Assembly: GCA_963701665.1 (NCBI GenBank)
Contig: OY969622.1
Location: 1,152,001-1,216,000, forward strand
Source: Candidatus Babeliales bacterium
GTDB taxonomy: Bacteria; Babelota; Babeliae; Babelales; JANWKD01
DNA: 64,000 nt
Direction: 5' to 3'
This document shows, in pieces, positions 40,409 through 50,040 of this stretch (the first letter of the stretch is position 1; every line of letters begins with the position of its first letter). The notes under the pieces are model-generated. The model ran no database searches. It was not told where the DNA came from and was given only the letters and a program-made list of their open reading frames with translations. A program made the position numbers and the translations under genes.

Positions 40409-40894
40409 TTACTTATGTCGTGCAGCATTTTTCTCATATAACGTATTATTTGCCACATACATTGTACATTCCTCATCTCGCGCTTGTTGAGATAGGTATT
40501 CCGTTTCTTTATATGCATAGTAGCGAGGTTTGCAAGTTATTCTTCCTTTTTCAGCGGCGTTTAAGTGCTTATGATCACGCATGTCGCGACGCAATACGTC
40601 AAACGAGCTATCAGCAACCGAAGATTGATTGCCAAATTCGGGATTATTTGAAGTATCCGCAAGCTTTTTTATGGCAACCGTAAGTTTCGTGGCTGCTCCC
40701 ATATTTTTAGCTGATATAGTAACACCATTTCCTGAAACAGAAGAACATAACCCTTCTTTACTCAGATCTTCACGATCGCATTCCTCTAGGTAAGTACCTA
40801 TTACTTTCTTTCTATAACTTCTTTCCTGCTTTTCCATTGCTTGCGCAACAAATACTGTCAGGGAAGTGCATAAGAAAAATAGCCTATAATTCAT
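40409..40894 (-). CDS. Secreted hypothetical protein
   Basis: AGGAG RBS; MNYRLFFLCTSLTVFVAQA-MEKQ. Confidence 0.7.
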   Translation of the reverse strand: MNYRLFFLCTSLTVFVAQAMEKQERSYRKKVIGTYLEECDREDLSKEGLCSSVSGNGVTISAKNMGAATKLTVAIKKLADTSNNPEFGNQSSVADSSFDVLRRDMRDHKHLNAAEKGRITCKPRYYAYKETEYLSQQARDEECTMYVANNTLYEKNAARHK

Positions 40895-40910
40895 CGGTAC
40901 TCCTAATCTT

Positions 40911-41486
40911 TTATTTGTTTCTATGAAAATACCACCAGATCCCATAACCTAAACCTGCAGTTGTACCGCTAGCTATGAGCCCATGAAAGAATGCACTCTT
41001 ATATACACTCTTACTACGCGACAAAGTTTCTTCTTGCACTTTATTTTGAAAAGTTGGATCATTTTTTAAGAAAGCAGCAATTATAAGTTCATCATATTCA
41101 TTCATATCTATTTCTAATCTAGATGGTGCCACTGTATATGAACCATCTTTATTCTCCACACTATCTTCTCTTTGGTATAGAGCTTTTACTCTTAAAAGAG
41201 CATCGGCTGATGCTTTTGAAACATACTCGCTCTTAACATCGACATATTTAGGAGGAAATACCTCAAATTCTGAAGCTTTAAATTCATTATCCTTTTTTAA
41301 TGTTTCTAGCAAATTTTTCACTATAAAATGAGAGTTTTTTTCATCTTTCTGTTCTTCAAAAACTTTAACAGGTACGCGTTCAAATTTTAATTCTGCAGGC
41401 TCTTTGTAACCTTCTTCCATTGGTTTTATTTGGCAAAAGTTGCCTAATAAAATCACAAACGAAAATATAGAAATCATATTTTTCAT
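40911..41486 (-). CDS. Secreted hypothetical protein with C-terminal TM anchor
   Basis: Signal peptide ending IKP-MEEG; C-terminus FFHGLIASGTTAGLGYGIWWYFHRNK. Confidence 0.7.
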   Translation of the reverse strand: MKNMISIFSFVILLGNFCQIKPMEEGYKEPAELKFERVPVKVFEEQKDEKNSHFIVKNLLETLKKDNEFKASEFEVFPPKYVDVKSEYVSKASADALLRVKALYQREDSVENKDGSYTVAPSRLEIDMNEYDELIIAAFLKNDPTFQNKVQEETLSRSKSVYKSAFFHGLIASGTTAGLGYGIWWYFHRNK

Positions 41487-41681
41487 AATGAATCCTTAAA
41501 AATTTTTAATTTTTAACATTAATCACAGCAGAATAAGAATAGCAGCATTCTCCACTATTTCAATTGAAAATTTTAATCATTTTCGGGAGAAAACAGAGGC
41601 GATATAAAATTTGATTTTTTTTACAAATATGCCATACTATTAATACAAATAGAAGTCAAAATATAGGGGGAAATTGATTTT

Positions 41682-42110
41682 ATGAACAAGTTATTTATAG
41701 TGTTATTTATTACTGGTTTAGCCTGTGTACAGGTATCCTTAAGCATGGAGCTGGAACCGGATGCCTTGGAAAAAGCAATCAAGAAAAGGCTCATACAGCT
41801 CCCTCCACGCCCTAATCGTTTAAAGCAGATAATCATTGAACCATCTAGGCAAAATTCAACGGTAGAAAAGCAGCTTGATGAAGCATTTGCAACATTAAAA
41901 AACAAAGGTTTTCTCTTTAATCAGATTCAAAGCTGCAAAGTGGAATGTGATCCCGACAATAAAATTAGGGTTAAAAAAATTCTTAGACGCGATAGTAGTT
42001 TTGAAACAATACGAGATAAAACTTTTGTCGAAGGAACAACAAAATTACCCGAGGGATGCTTAATAAGGCTCGATGCAGTAGTACGCGCAACAAGAAAAGC
42101 GAACCTTTAA
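41682..42110 (+). CDS. Secreted protein with divergent RidA/YjgF-like domain
   Basis: Signal peptide ending SLS-MELE; VEKQLDEAFATLKNKG and TFVEGTTKLPEGCLIRLDAVV resemble RidA-family segments. Confidence 0.55.
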   Translation: MNKLFIVLFITGLACVQVSLSMELEPDALEKAIKKRLIQLPPRPNRLKQIIIEPSRQNSTVEKQLDEAFATLKNKGFLFNQIQSCKVECDPDNKIRVKKILRRDSSFETIRDKTFVEGTTKLPEGCLIRLDAVVRATRKANL

Positions 42111-42123
42111 GATCAAATTGCAT

Positions 42124-42158
42124 AAAAAAAAGAGCCCAAATTTTGGGCTCTTTTTTTT
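42124..42158. terminator. Bidirectional intrinsic terminator
   Basis: A8-GAGCCCAA-ATT-TTGGGCTC-T8 between convergent genes. Confidence 0.92.
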
Positions 42159-42169
42159 GTCTTTATTAA

Positions 42170-42778
42170 TTACTTTTTAATCACATTAATCACTTTTGGC
42201 GGCACAACAGGATCAATGCGAGAAAGTTTGATCGTCAAAACATTATTTTCATATTCCACAACAACATCTTCAAGTGAAATCTCCACCGGCAATGATTGCA
42301 TGACCTGCTGTGAACTATATGAAATATGATTTCTAGTTGTAGTATGCTTATCATCTTTTTTATCATCAGATGTTTCAACACGCTGTTGCATACTCATTTT
42401 CATCATACCAGCTTTACGATCAACATTGAGCTCTAACTCTATTTGTTTATTGCGTGCATTGATGCTCAATACATCCTGATGCACAACTGCTTTGATAGAA
42501 TCTTTATCAAGTTCTTGAGCAATCGTGATAACCAAATCAGCGTCATTAACTTTGGCATTCAACACATTGCCATTAGTAGAAAAACCGCTTTGCATCACCG
42601 AGTGCATGCTTGAATTAAAAGAATTATGCATTTTTGAAAATTTCTTTTGTATTTTGTGAACAGCGTGCGTCATTTCGTTCAAAGCGTCATCAAAACTAAA
42701 ATCAGCGAATACTTGAGAGCCCATCAAAGAAGCAACAAGCATGAATGCTCTTGCTGAATGTTTTAGATAGTTTTGCAT
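42170..42778 (-). CDS. Signal-peptide-bearing Hsp20/alpha-crystallin-like protein
   Basis: AAGGAGG RBS; signal peptide (..QVFA); QSLPVEI...YENNVLTIKL...KVINV resembles the Hsp20 C-terminus with an IxI-like motif. Confidence 0.7.
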   Translation of the reverse strand: MQNYLKHSARAFMLVASLMGSQVFADFSFDDALNEMTHAVHKIQKKFSKMHNSFNSSMHSVMQSGFSTNGNVLNAKVNDADLVITIAQELDKDSIKAVVHQDVLSINARNKQIELELNVDRKAGMMKMSMQQRVETSDDKKDDKHTTTRNHISYSSQQVMQSLPVEISLEDVVVEYENNVLTIKLSRIDPVVPPKVINVIKK

Positions 42779-42880
42779 GAATCCTCCTTTGTAATTAAAA
42801 AAAAGATACAATTAATCACAAAAATGGTAGCAAAAAAACACAATTGTTTCAATCCAAGGCACCTGCTCTATTTCAATGTT

Positions 42881-42909
42881 TTGCTTATTGAAGAGCTATT
42901 TTATATACT
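42881..42909 (+). promoter_or_regulatory. Sigma70-like promoter; ATG follows 7 nt after the -10 box (possibly leaderless)
   Basis: TTGCTT-17 bp-TATACT; no SD sequence before ATG 42917. Confidence 0.55.
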
Positions 42910-42916
42910 ATAAAGT

Positions 42917-43648
42917 ATGAAAAAACAAACTACGCATAAAGATAACGAACTTATTTTTGGCATTCACCCTATTCTTGAGCTTCTAAAAGCAAAAAAACGT
43001 AAATTAGTGGTAATTTACACTACTAAACTAACCCCAAAAGGTTTTCAGGATATTGAAAGGCTCCTCCCTAAATCGGTGCCTATTCAATATGTCGAGCGCG
43101 AGGTTTTACACAAACTCGCGGGCACCACTGATCATCAGGGTGTTGTTGCCTATGCAACGCCGCTCGTTATACGAAAGAAATTCTTCGATCCTGCTAGAGA
43201 AAAATTCTTACTTATGCTCGATGGCATTCAGGATGTAAGAAACCTTGGCGCAATCATACGCTCAGCCTATTGCACGGGCGTCGATGGCATCATTATGATC
43301 AAAAAGCATGGCGCTCCTTTAAATGCGAGTGCGTTCAAAGCATCCGCGGGTTTGGCTGAACATGTTGAATTATATAATGCTCCCTCGGCATCAGCCGCTG
43401 CTCAAGAACTTAAAAAAGCTGGTTACAATCTTTATTTAGCCGTTGTTGAAAAAGGCACCAATGCTACCCAAGTTCAGTATGAAAAACCGCTCTGTTTAGT
43501 CATTGGCAGTGAAGCACTCGGCATCTCAAAAGAAATACTTTCTTCAGGTACGCGCATCACGTTACCACAACGTACGCCTGACATTTCCTATAACGCGTCA
43601 GTTGCCGCAGGGATTTTGTTATTTCTCATCAGTCAATCACAATCATAA
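42917..43648 (+). CDS. rlmB: TrmH/SpoU family 23S rRNA methyltransferase (RlmB-like)
   Basis: IFGIHP, HQGVVA, LDGIQDVRNLGAIIRSA, KASAG, IGSE and SYNASVAAGI. Confidence 0.85.
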   Translation: MKKQTTHKDNELIFGIHPILELLKAKKRKLVVIYTTKLTPKGFQDIERLLPKSVPIQYVEREVLHKLAGTTDHQGVVAYATPLVIRKKFFDPAREKFLLMLDGIQDVRNLGAIIRSAYCTGVDGIIMIKKHGAPLNASAFKASAGLAEHVELYNAPSASAAAQELKKAGYNLYLAVVEKGTNATQVQYEKPLCLVIGSEALGISKEILSSGTRITLPQRTPDISYNASVAAGILLFLISQSQS

Positions 43649-43659
43649 AAGACATCATT

Positions 43660-44010
43660 ATGATAAAACGTTTTATTACTTTAGCATGTGTCATGTTATT
43701 AACGTCACACATATCTCACGCGGAAATTACTAATTGGGATGGACTTACTGAATCTATTGGCAAAAAAGTTATTATTGGCTGTTTTGCTGCTGCATCTGCA
43801 GGAATATTTTATGATGGTATGAAAAAAGCTTTTTGGGCGCCCAAACCCCCAACAATATGTTACAATACCAAAGTAGGGGACCCATTTCCAATAAGAATGC
43901 GATCTAAACGTGATGATGGAAAAATACACTTTAAACAATTTATGGGAATAGTAGAAGCAAGCATTGGCTTCACTGGCCTTATTGCAAGTTGGTTTGCCAA
44001 TAAATGGTAA
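43660..44010 (+). CDS. Small exported membrane protein (tandem family, 1)
   Basis: Signal peptide (..ISHA) and two Gly/Ala-rich hydrophobic segments around a basic loop. Confidence 0.65.
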   Translation: MIKRFITLACVMLLTSHISHAEITNWDGLTESIGKKVIIGCFAAASAGIFYDGMKKAFWAPKPPTICYNTKVGDPFPIRMRSKRDDGKIHFKQFMGIVEASIGFTGLIASWFANKW

Positions 44011-44049
44011 TATTTTAAAACATTTAACAAATGAATAAACAGATCTTCA

Positions 44050-44475
44050 ATGAAAAAAATTACTATCATATCTTTTTGTCTTTCAATATTGTTAATTCAC
44101 TCTGCTTCAAGCATGGAACAATGTAAATCAGTATGGACTCCTGAAACAGTAATTGGTGTTGGTGGAGCTCTTGTTGGCATTAAACTTATGCATGATGGAT
44201 TGCAAAAAATGGCCAATCCGAACCGACAATCGTTTTCTTTATCGAGATGGAAACTTTTCAGTGAGAATCAGGGAGGAACAAATACGGTAACCCTACAGTT
44301 TCCCCAAGCAACTGTTGTACCGCCTAAAATTACATTTAAATTCAAGCGTCTTAATGCAGAAGAAATATCTCAAGAATTTAAAGAAGGCGTATTCTTATTT
44401 GGCTGTGGAGCATTGAGCACTTTTGGTAGCATTGCAGGCATTTATCTTATTCGGAAAAATTATTCCCAGATTTAA
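44050..44475 (+). CDS. Small exported membrane protein (tandem family, 2)
   Basis: Signal peptide ending ASS-MEQC; same architecture (HDGLQK vs YDGMKK). Confidence 0.65.
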   Translation: MKKITIISFCLSILLIHSASSMEQCKSVWTPETVIGVGGALVGIKLMHDGLQKMANPNRQSFSLSRWKLFSENQGGTNTVTLQFPQATVVPPKITFKFKRLNAEEISQEFKEGVFLFGCGALSTFGSIAGIYLIRKNYSQI

Positions 44476-44497
44476 AATTAAACAACGAAGGCAAGAA

Positions 44498-44872
44498 ATG
44501 TTAAAAAATTTAAAAATATTCTTATTTATCATTCTATCAATAATGCACATTCCACACATAAGTCGTGCCGAAACCAATACACTGGGACAAGCGGCGGTTA
44601 TAGGTGCATGGGCTTTAAGTGGCGCCACCCTACTTACCTTAGGTGCTTATAATATATGGCCTACACAACGAGTTACCATTAAAGAGAAAAAATTTTTTGA
44701 TATCAACGGCAAGCGTCAAACATCTCCCGATCAAGCTTGGCAAATACAAACAACAATGCGAAAAATTTCATTTTTCAATCTTTCTCCGGTTGAAATTTTT
44801 AAAAACGGTCTCATGTGTGCTACAGGCGCTGGCATACTTTTACATGCATGGAAACTTTCTAAAGATTCATAA
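44498..44872 (+). CDS. Small exported membrane protein (tandem family, 3)
   Basis: MLKNLKIFLFIILSIMHIPHISRA-ET; same two-TM architecture. Confidence 0.65.
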   Translation: MLKNLKIFLFIILSIMHIPHISRAETNTLGQAAVIGAWALSGATLLTLGAYNIWPTQRVTIKEKKFFDINGKRQTSPDQAWQIQTTMRKISFFNLSPVEIFKNGLMCATGAGILLHAWKLSKDS

Positions 44873-44890
44873 AAGGAAGTTATTAAATTT

Positions 44891-44920
44891 CTGGGTTGCC
44901 ACGCATTCGCTCGCAATGAC
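44891..44920. repeat. Single arm of the palindromic element
   Basis: CTGGGTTGCCACGCATTCGCTCGCAATGAC matches the right arms of the 34.5 and 48.8 kb copies. Confidence 0.88.
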
Positions 44921-44996
44921 GCTGTTGTTTAAGATGTTCACTTTCAATTGCTAAACATTCGATCAATCTAATTCCATATAAGCACAACATGTTGGA

Positions 44997-45144
44997 GGCC
45001 TTGTCGCATGTTAATGCGCAAGGTCGACTTGTTTGCGTCAGGAAGATACATAAGAGGCACAGCCTCTTATGGGCCCTTGTATCCAATGTATTGGGCACGC
45101 AATACATTGGTGCTGCCCGCACAGGGTCGCATGACTGCGCAAGT
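44997..45144. ncRNA. Candidate structured RNA of unknown family
   Basis: GC-richer intergenic island with perfect 10-bp (45049-45071) and 11-bp (45083-45110) hairpins plus further stems. No known family motif recognised. Confidence 0.4.
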
Positions 45145-45183
45145 AAAAAGTAAAAGTTTTTATAATGGATTTTTATATAAAGA

Positions 45184-45284
45184 CTGGATTCCTATGTTCC
45201 GCCTTCGTTAAAACTTCGACGGACACGCGCTACGTTGCGGATCCTGCAAAGCCTTGGCGAAGTAGGACGGCTCCTCAGAATGAC
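45184..45284. repeat. Arm of the variant palindromic element interrupted by two REP-like hairpins
   Basis: CTGGATTCCTA..[TCCGCCTTCGTTAAAACTTCGACGGA]..[TCCTGCAAAGCCTTGGCGAAGTAGGA]..CTCCTCAGAATGAC. Confidence 0.75.
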
Positions 45285-45477
45285 AACTTCGCCTTTTGTT
45301 TAATTATTTCTTATAGATATTCATGCTGATGCAAAAGTAATTTGTATAATTCTATAAAATTATTGACTTTTCTAATGACAAAAAGCTAATAATTATAGAA
45401 AAGAATATTCTTATTTTTGGCAATATTCTTTAAAAGCAGTAATGTTTCAGGGACACAACATTCAAGGGGGAGTGAAG

Positions 45478-46248
45478 ATGTCTGCTGCTATGCTTTACGC
45501 AAAAAAATTATTGTATACACACAAACGTCTTCTTATTGCATTATTTGCAATCGCAGGAGCCGCTGGCATTCTATGGCAATCATGCCGCTTCCTTTTTATT
45601 ACGCAACGCTACACGCTTTCCATTGACGCTCAATGCTCAGAAACCGTACGCAAAGATATCAATGCATATGCTGATACCACGTTTAAAAATATCATTTTTG
45701 ATACGCACGCGATTGCTCAACTAAAATCAGAATTTAAATATCTTAAAACAATTCAAGCACGCTATGTGAGCCCTGGTTATGTTGAAATCTCCTGCAAAGC
45801 TCATGCGCCACTCATTTGCATTAATAATGATCAGGTTATGCTTGAAAATGGCAGCATTGTAAAAAAAACTGTCTTTAACGATGATGTTATTAAAGGGTTA
45901 CCTTCAATTGTGGTTGCTCGCGAAGATAACATACATTCGCCGCTGTTTGCATTTCATGTGCAACGATGGCTTGCCGATATATCAAACGAGCTTTTTGCAC
46001 AGTACACCATTCGCTGGGTCAATCACACAAACATTCATCTAGAAGATAAGCAAGCACCAAAATTTTCGTTAATCACCCATAGTCATAAAATACCTTCAAA
46101 TACCTGTTTTGCACAATATGCCGCTATAAAGAATTATGTACTTAGTCAGAACAAGCAAAAAAATAACAAAGACCAAAAAAGATGGAGCGTCGACGTACGC
46201 TTTAAAAATCAATTTATAGTGCAGACCATGCACGAGGGGGTAGCATGA
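45478..46248 (+). CDS. ftsQ: FtsQ/DivIB-like cell division protein (divergent)
   Basis: Single N-terminal TM, POTRA-like LKSEFKYLKTIQARYVSPGYVEI, C-terminal VDVRFKNQFIV; directly upstream of ftsA. Confidence 0.7.
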   Translation: MSAAMLYAKKLLYTHKRLLIALFAIAGAAGILWQSCRFLFITQRYTLSIDAQCSETVRKDINAYADTTFKNIIFDTHAIAQLKSEFKYLKTIQARYVSPGYVEISCKAHAPLICINNDQVMLENGSIVKKTVFNDDVIKGLPSIVVAREDNIHSPLFAFHVQRWLADISNELFAQYTIRWVNHTNIHLEDKQAPKFSLITHSHKIPSNTCFAQYAAIKNYVLSQNKQKNNKDQKRWSVDVRFKNQFIVQTMHEGVA

Positions 46249-47480
46249 AACAAAATCTTTCACCTGAGCAATTTATAGTTGCTCTTGATATAGGAACGAC
46301 AAAAATTTGCGTTTTAGTTGCGCACGTACACGATCAAGATACCGTTGAAGTTATTGGCATTGGCAAATCACCATCGCACGGTCTTGAAAAAGGAATCGTG
46401 GTTGATGTTAATAAAACGGTACAATCAATAAAAAATGCCGTAAAAGAAGCTGAATTAATGGCCGGCTGCACGATCGAACAAGCAACGATCGGTATTTCAG
46501 GCGCGCACATTCAATCGCGCACATCACTCGGCATGGTGCCCATTACACGCGGCGAAATTAAAGCGCTCGACATTTCACAAGCAACCGCAGCCGCGCGCGC
46601 TATAGCATTGCCCGAGGGTCAACAGATCTTGCACGCGCTTCCACAATTTTTTGTTATTGATTCCCATGAAAAAGTTATTGATCCGCTCGGCATGTTTGGC
46701 GTACGCCTTGAAGCGCACGTTCATATTATTACCGGTTCAGTTGCATCGGTACATAATTTAGTAAAATGTTGCGAGCTTGCGGGCATCATGGTTAATGATA
46801 TTGTTCTTGAGCAACTTGCTTCAGCAAATGCCGTGTTAACGCGTGATGAAAGATATTTAGGTGTCGGCATGCTTGATATTGGTGGCGGCACATCAGATTT
46901 AGCACTTTATCAAAAAGGTACCATTAAACATACTATGGTGTTACCAATTGCGGGTAATCATTTCACCAGTGATATTGCAATCGGATTGCACACCACCCTC
47001 AAGAGCGCAGAAGAAGCAAAAAAAGAATTCGGTATCGTTGATGCCTCGTTGATTGGGCAAGACGAGTGTCTTGAAATTGAAGCGATCGGCCAAAAAGACT
47101 CTCGCATCATTTTACAAAGTGAACTGTTACCAATTTTACGCCCGCGTGCGCAGGAATTATTAAAATTTATTGATAAAGAATGCAAAAAACATAATCTCTA
47201 CCCGACAATGCCAAGCGGTATGGTATTAACTGGCGGCGGATCATTACTCAAGGGTATGGACCGTATTGCTGCAAGTATATTAGGCATACCTGTGCGTATT
47301 GGAACTCCTCAATTACAATCGCCTTTCGCGCTCTTTTTAGAAAACCCAATGTATGCAACTGCGTACGGACTCTTGCTTCACACGGCAAAAAAACAGGATA
47401 CTGGCATTACGAAATTCAACGGGCCTCTTACATCACGCATAATTACCCGTATGAAATCGTGGGTATCAGAGTTTTTTTAA
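46245..47480 (+). CDS. ftsA: Cell division protein FtsA
   Basis: ALDIGTTKI, GMFGVRLEA, DIGGGTSD and VLTGGGS. Confidence 0.97.
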   Translation: MKQNLSPEQFIVALDIGTTKICVLVAHVHDQDTVEVIGIGKSPSHGLEKGIVVDVNKTVQSIKNAVKEAELMAGCTIEQATIGISGAHIQSRTSLGMVPITRGEIKALDISQATAAARAIALPEGQQILHALPQFFVIDSHEKVIDPLGMFGVRLEAHVHIITGSVASVHNLVKCCELAGIMVNDIVLEQLASANAVLTRDERYLGVGMLDIGGGTSDLALYQKGTIKHTMVLPIAGNHFTSDIAIGLHTTLKSAEEAKKEFGIVDASLIGQDECLEIEAIGQKDSRIILQSELLPILRPRAQELLKFIDKECKKHNLYPTMPSGMVLTGGGSLLKGMDRIAASILGIPVRIGTPQLQSPFALFLENPMYATAYGLLLHTAKKQDTGITKFNGPLTSRIITRMKSWVSEFF

Positions 47481-47499
47481 AAAAGATTGGGGAGAAGAT

Positions 47500-48732
47500 A
47501 TGTTTGAATTTGAAGTGAATCAAGCGCATGATATTCCTACTGCACGTATAAAAGTAATTGGCGTTGGCGGAGCTGGCGGCAACACCGTTAATAGTATGAT
47601 TGAAGCACAAAGTGATATCGGTATTGAATTCATCGCAGCAAACACGGATGCTCAAGCATTAAGTCTTTCCAAAGCTCCTCATAGAATTCAACTTGGCGTA
47701 AAATCAACAAAAGGTCTTGGCGCTGGCGCAAATCCTGAACTTGGCAAACGAGCAGCAGAAGAAGATTTAAGCAAGATCATGGATATTCTTGAAGAAGCTG
47801 ATATCGTATTTTTAACGGGCGGTATGGGCGGTGGCACTGGTTCAGGCGCATTACCGGTCATTGCACGCGCACTGAAAGAAAAAAATATTCTTTCCATTGC
47901 AATCGTGACAAAGCCATTCCATTTCGAGGGTAAAAAACGCGCGACCATTGCACAAGAATCTATCGATGCACTCAGAAAAGAAGTTGATACCTTACTCATT
48001 GTTCCTAATCAAAAATTATTAGAAACCGTTGATCATAATGTTTCCATGATCGATGCATTTGGCATGATTAACAGTCTTTTACATCAATCAGTTAAAGGCA
48101 TTGCAGATATTATCACCAAACCTGGTCATATCAATGTCGATTTTGCTGATGTCAGAACTATCATGAAAGATATGGGATTAGCAATCATGGGAACCGGTAA
48201 AGCAACCGGCAAAGATCGTGCACTCGATGCTGCGTATCAAGCTATTTCTTCACCGCTTTTAGAAAATATGACCATCAAAGGTGCACGCGGTATCCTTATC
48301 AATATTTCTGGCGGTCTTAATTTAGGACTTCATGAAATCGGTGTTGCAGCCTCAGTCATTGCTGAACAAGCTGAAGAAAATGCAAGCATTATTGTTGGCT
48401 CAGTTATTGATAAATCATTGAATGATGAAATAATCGTTACGGTTATTGCAACGGGATTTATCCAGCAACAAACAAGAACAGCACAAGAAGCTCCTACGTT
48501 CAAGCCGGCCGTTGAACAAAATGTTGTCATACCAGAACCAGAAATTGTTGTTACAGCAAGACCCGTTCATCGCATTGAGCAAACACCAGTGCAATCTGTT
48601 CTTGAACACACAGAAAAACCGATGGTAGCGCAAGAAAAGAAAGAAGAAGTTATCCATCAAAACATTGATATCAATGATCTTGATGTGCCGACATTCTTAC
48701 GCCAACAAAAAGAAGTGAGCGGTCACGAATAA
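47500..48732 (+). CDS. ftsZ: Cell division protein FtsZ
   Basis: GVGGAGGN, GGGTGSG, INVDFAD and C-terminal DLDVPTFLR. Confidence 0.98.
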   Translation: MFEFEVNQAHDIPTARIKVIGVGGAGGNTVNSMIEAQSDIGIEFIAANTDAQALSLSKAPHRIQLGVKSTKGLGAGANPELGKRAAEEDLSKIMDILEEADIVFLTGGMGGGTGSGALPVIARALKEKNILSIAIVTKPFHFEGKKRATIAQESIDALRKEVDTLLIVPNQKLLETVDHNVSMIDAFGMINSLLHQSVKGIADIITKPGHINVDFADVRTIMKDMGLAIMGTGKATGKDRALDAAYQAISSPLLENMTIKGARGILINISGGLNLGLHEIGVAASVIAEQAEENASIIVGSVIDKSLNDEIIVTVIATGFIQQQTRTAQEAPTFKPAVEQNVVIPEPEIVVTARPVHRIEQTPVQSVLEHTEKPMVAQEKKEEVIHQNIDINDLDVPTFLRQQKEVSGHE

Positions 48733-48748
48733 CAAGAATGTATTAATT

Positions 48749-48935
48749 TAGCGCGAACTCGATGAAACTTACAATACATAGAAATGTCATCCCGAGGCTT
48801 TAGCCGTGGGGATCCAAACTTTAATTAATTCCTTAGGAACTAATTTTATAATTGGATTGCCACGCATTCGCTCGCAATGACAATTCTGTTTTCCATATGC
48901 ATTACCTGCGGCATAGTAACATTGAACTTGTGTTA
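48749..48935. mobile_element. MITE-like element, colinear with 34475-34665 (core 48786-48881)
   Basis: AACTCGATGAAACTTACAATA...GTCATCCCGAGG...GCAATGAC...GGCATAGT.ACAT..AACTTG.GTTA is shared with the other copy. Confidence 0.78.
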
Positions 48936-49934
48936 TTGTACTGTATCATCTTCACTCTGAGTTAAGCGTTGTCTTTTTTCGAATAATGTTTTGACTCGAG
49001 GGTAGTGTCTTTTTTTGAGAATTTTTGTGCCATGATAGGTACGACGTTCGCGCTGCTTTTTTCCTGCAAGCATATCAACCCAATAGTTATAAGGGTTATG
49101 CATTGGCGGAGTTCTTTCTAATAGATGCGCTGCTACATCCTGCGCTTTTTTACCAAACTCTAGAGCATGTTCATCTTCATTATCAAGCCAACTCCAATAT
49201 GAATATATAAAGCATATGTGAGAAAACTCTTCATGGGCATGCATGTTGATAAGTTCATTTTGAAAAGAGTTTTGCGCACTATTAAAACTTACGCCCCAAT
49301 CAGTTAGACGCTTATAGAGAGCGGATGAATCAAGAGTATTGGTCAGGCTGGGCAATTCAGAACGATCGCGTATCAGTATTTCAAGAACTTTATTTTCAAG
49401 ATGCGATCTTTTTTGAGCCCCTCGATCGACTTGTATTTTTTCTATTCTTTTTTGAGCCTCTTCTTGTAACTGTTTGAATTTATTAAACTCATCAGCTTTT
49501 GGGCTATTATTAAGCACCTCCCGATAAGCACCTTCAATGAGTCGCATAAAATCATTAAAATAGACATTCAAGTAAATGCATGGTAATAATTTCAAAAAAT
49601 AACACATTTGTTTATGAACAGCCTTTTTACAAGCAAATGTAGTCTCATCATTTCTCTTCATAAATTCTTGCACTTTTCTTCGTTTATATTCTTCTATTTT
49701 CAGATCATCGAACTCAAATTCGCATACTGCTTCGATGCCAAAACCATGAAATAAATCAAAGGCAGCCTCGAAGTCCTGCAAACGAAGAAGCTCGGGTTCA
49801 CATTGTCGGTCATTCACTATACACTCGATAGATGCTAGTACCTGCTCATTACTAATGTTGCTTTTATCTTCCATCGCCAACACGGGCACATTAGTATAAA
49901 AAAGTAGTAAAGAAAGTAATAAAAAAAATAGCAT
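48933..49934 (-). CDS. Secreted hypothetical protein
   Basis: MLFFLLLSLLLFYTNVPVLA-MEDK; basic C-terminal patch (KKQRERR, KKRHYPR). Confidence 0.7.
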   Translation of the reverse strand: MLFFLLLSLLLFYTNVPVLAMEDKSNISNEQVLASIECIVNDRQCEPELLRLQDFEAAFDLFHGFGIEAVCEFEFDDLKIEEYKRRKVQEFMKRNDETTFACKKAVHKQMCYFLKLLPCIYLNVYFNDFMRLIEGAYREVLNNSPKADEFNKFKQLQEEAQKRIEKIQVDRGAQKRSHLENKVLEILIRDRSELPSLTNTLDSSALYKRLTDWGVSFNSAQNSFQNELINMHAHEEFSHICFIYSYWSWLDNEDEHALEFGKKAQDVAAHLLERTPPMHNPYNYWVDMLAGKKQRERRTYHGTKILKKRHYPRVKTLFEKRQRLTQSEDDTVQ

Positions 49935-50040
49935 TAGTGTTTCCAAGAAGTTATGAACATTTATTCTTAATAGTAGCATGCAATCAGGCATAGTGGCAAT
50001 GAAACCATATTAAACCAGTGATTACATAAAGGATATTTCA

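Noticed and set aside
44731..45122. Minus-strand ORFs 44731-44916 and 44883-45122
   Set aside because: They run through the repeat arm and the structured region, oppose a plausible gene and have no protein-like features.
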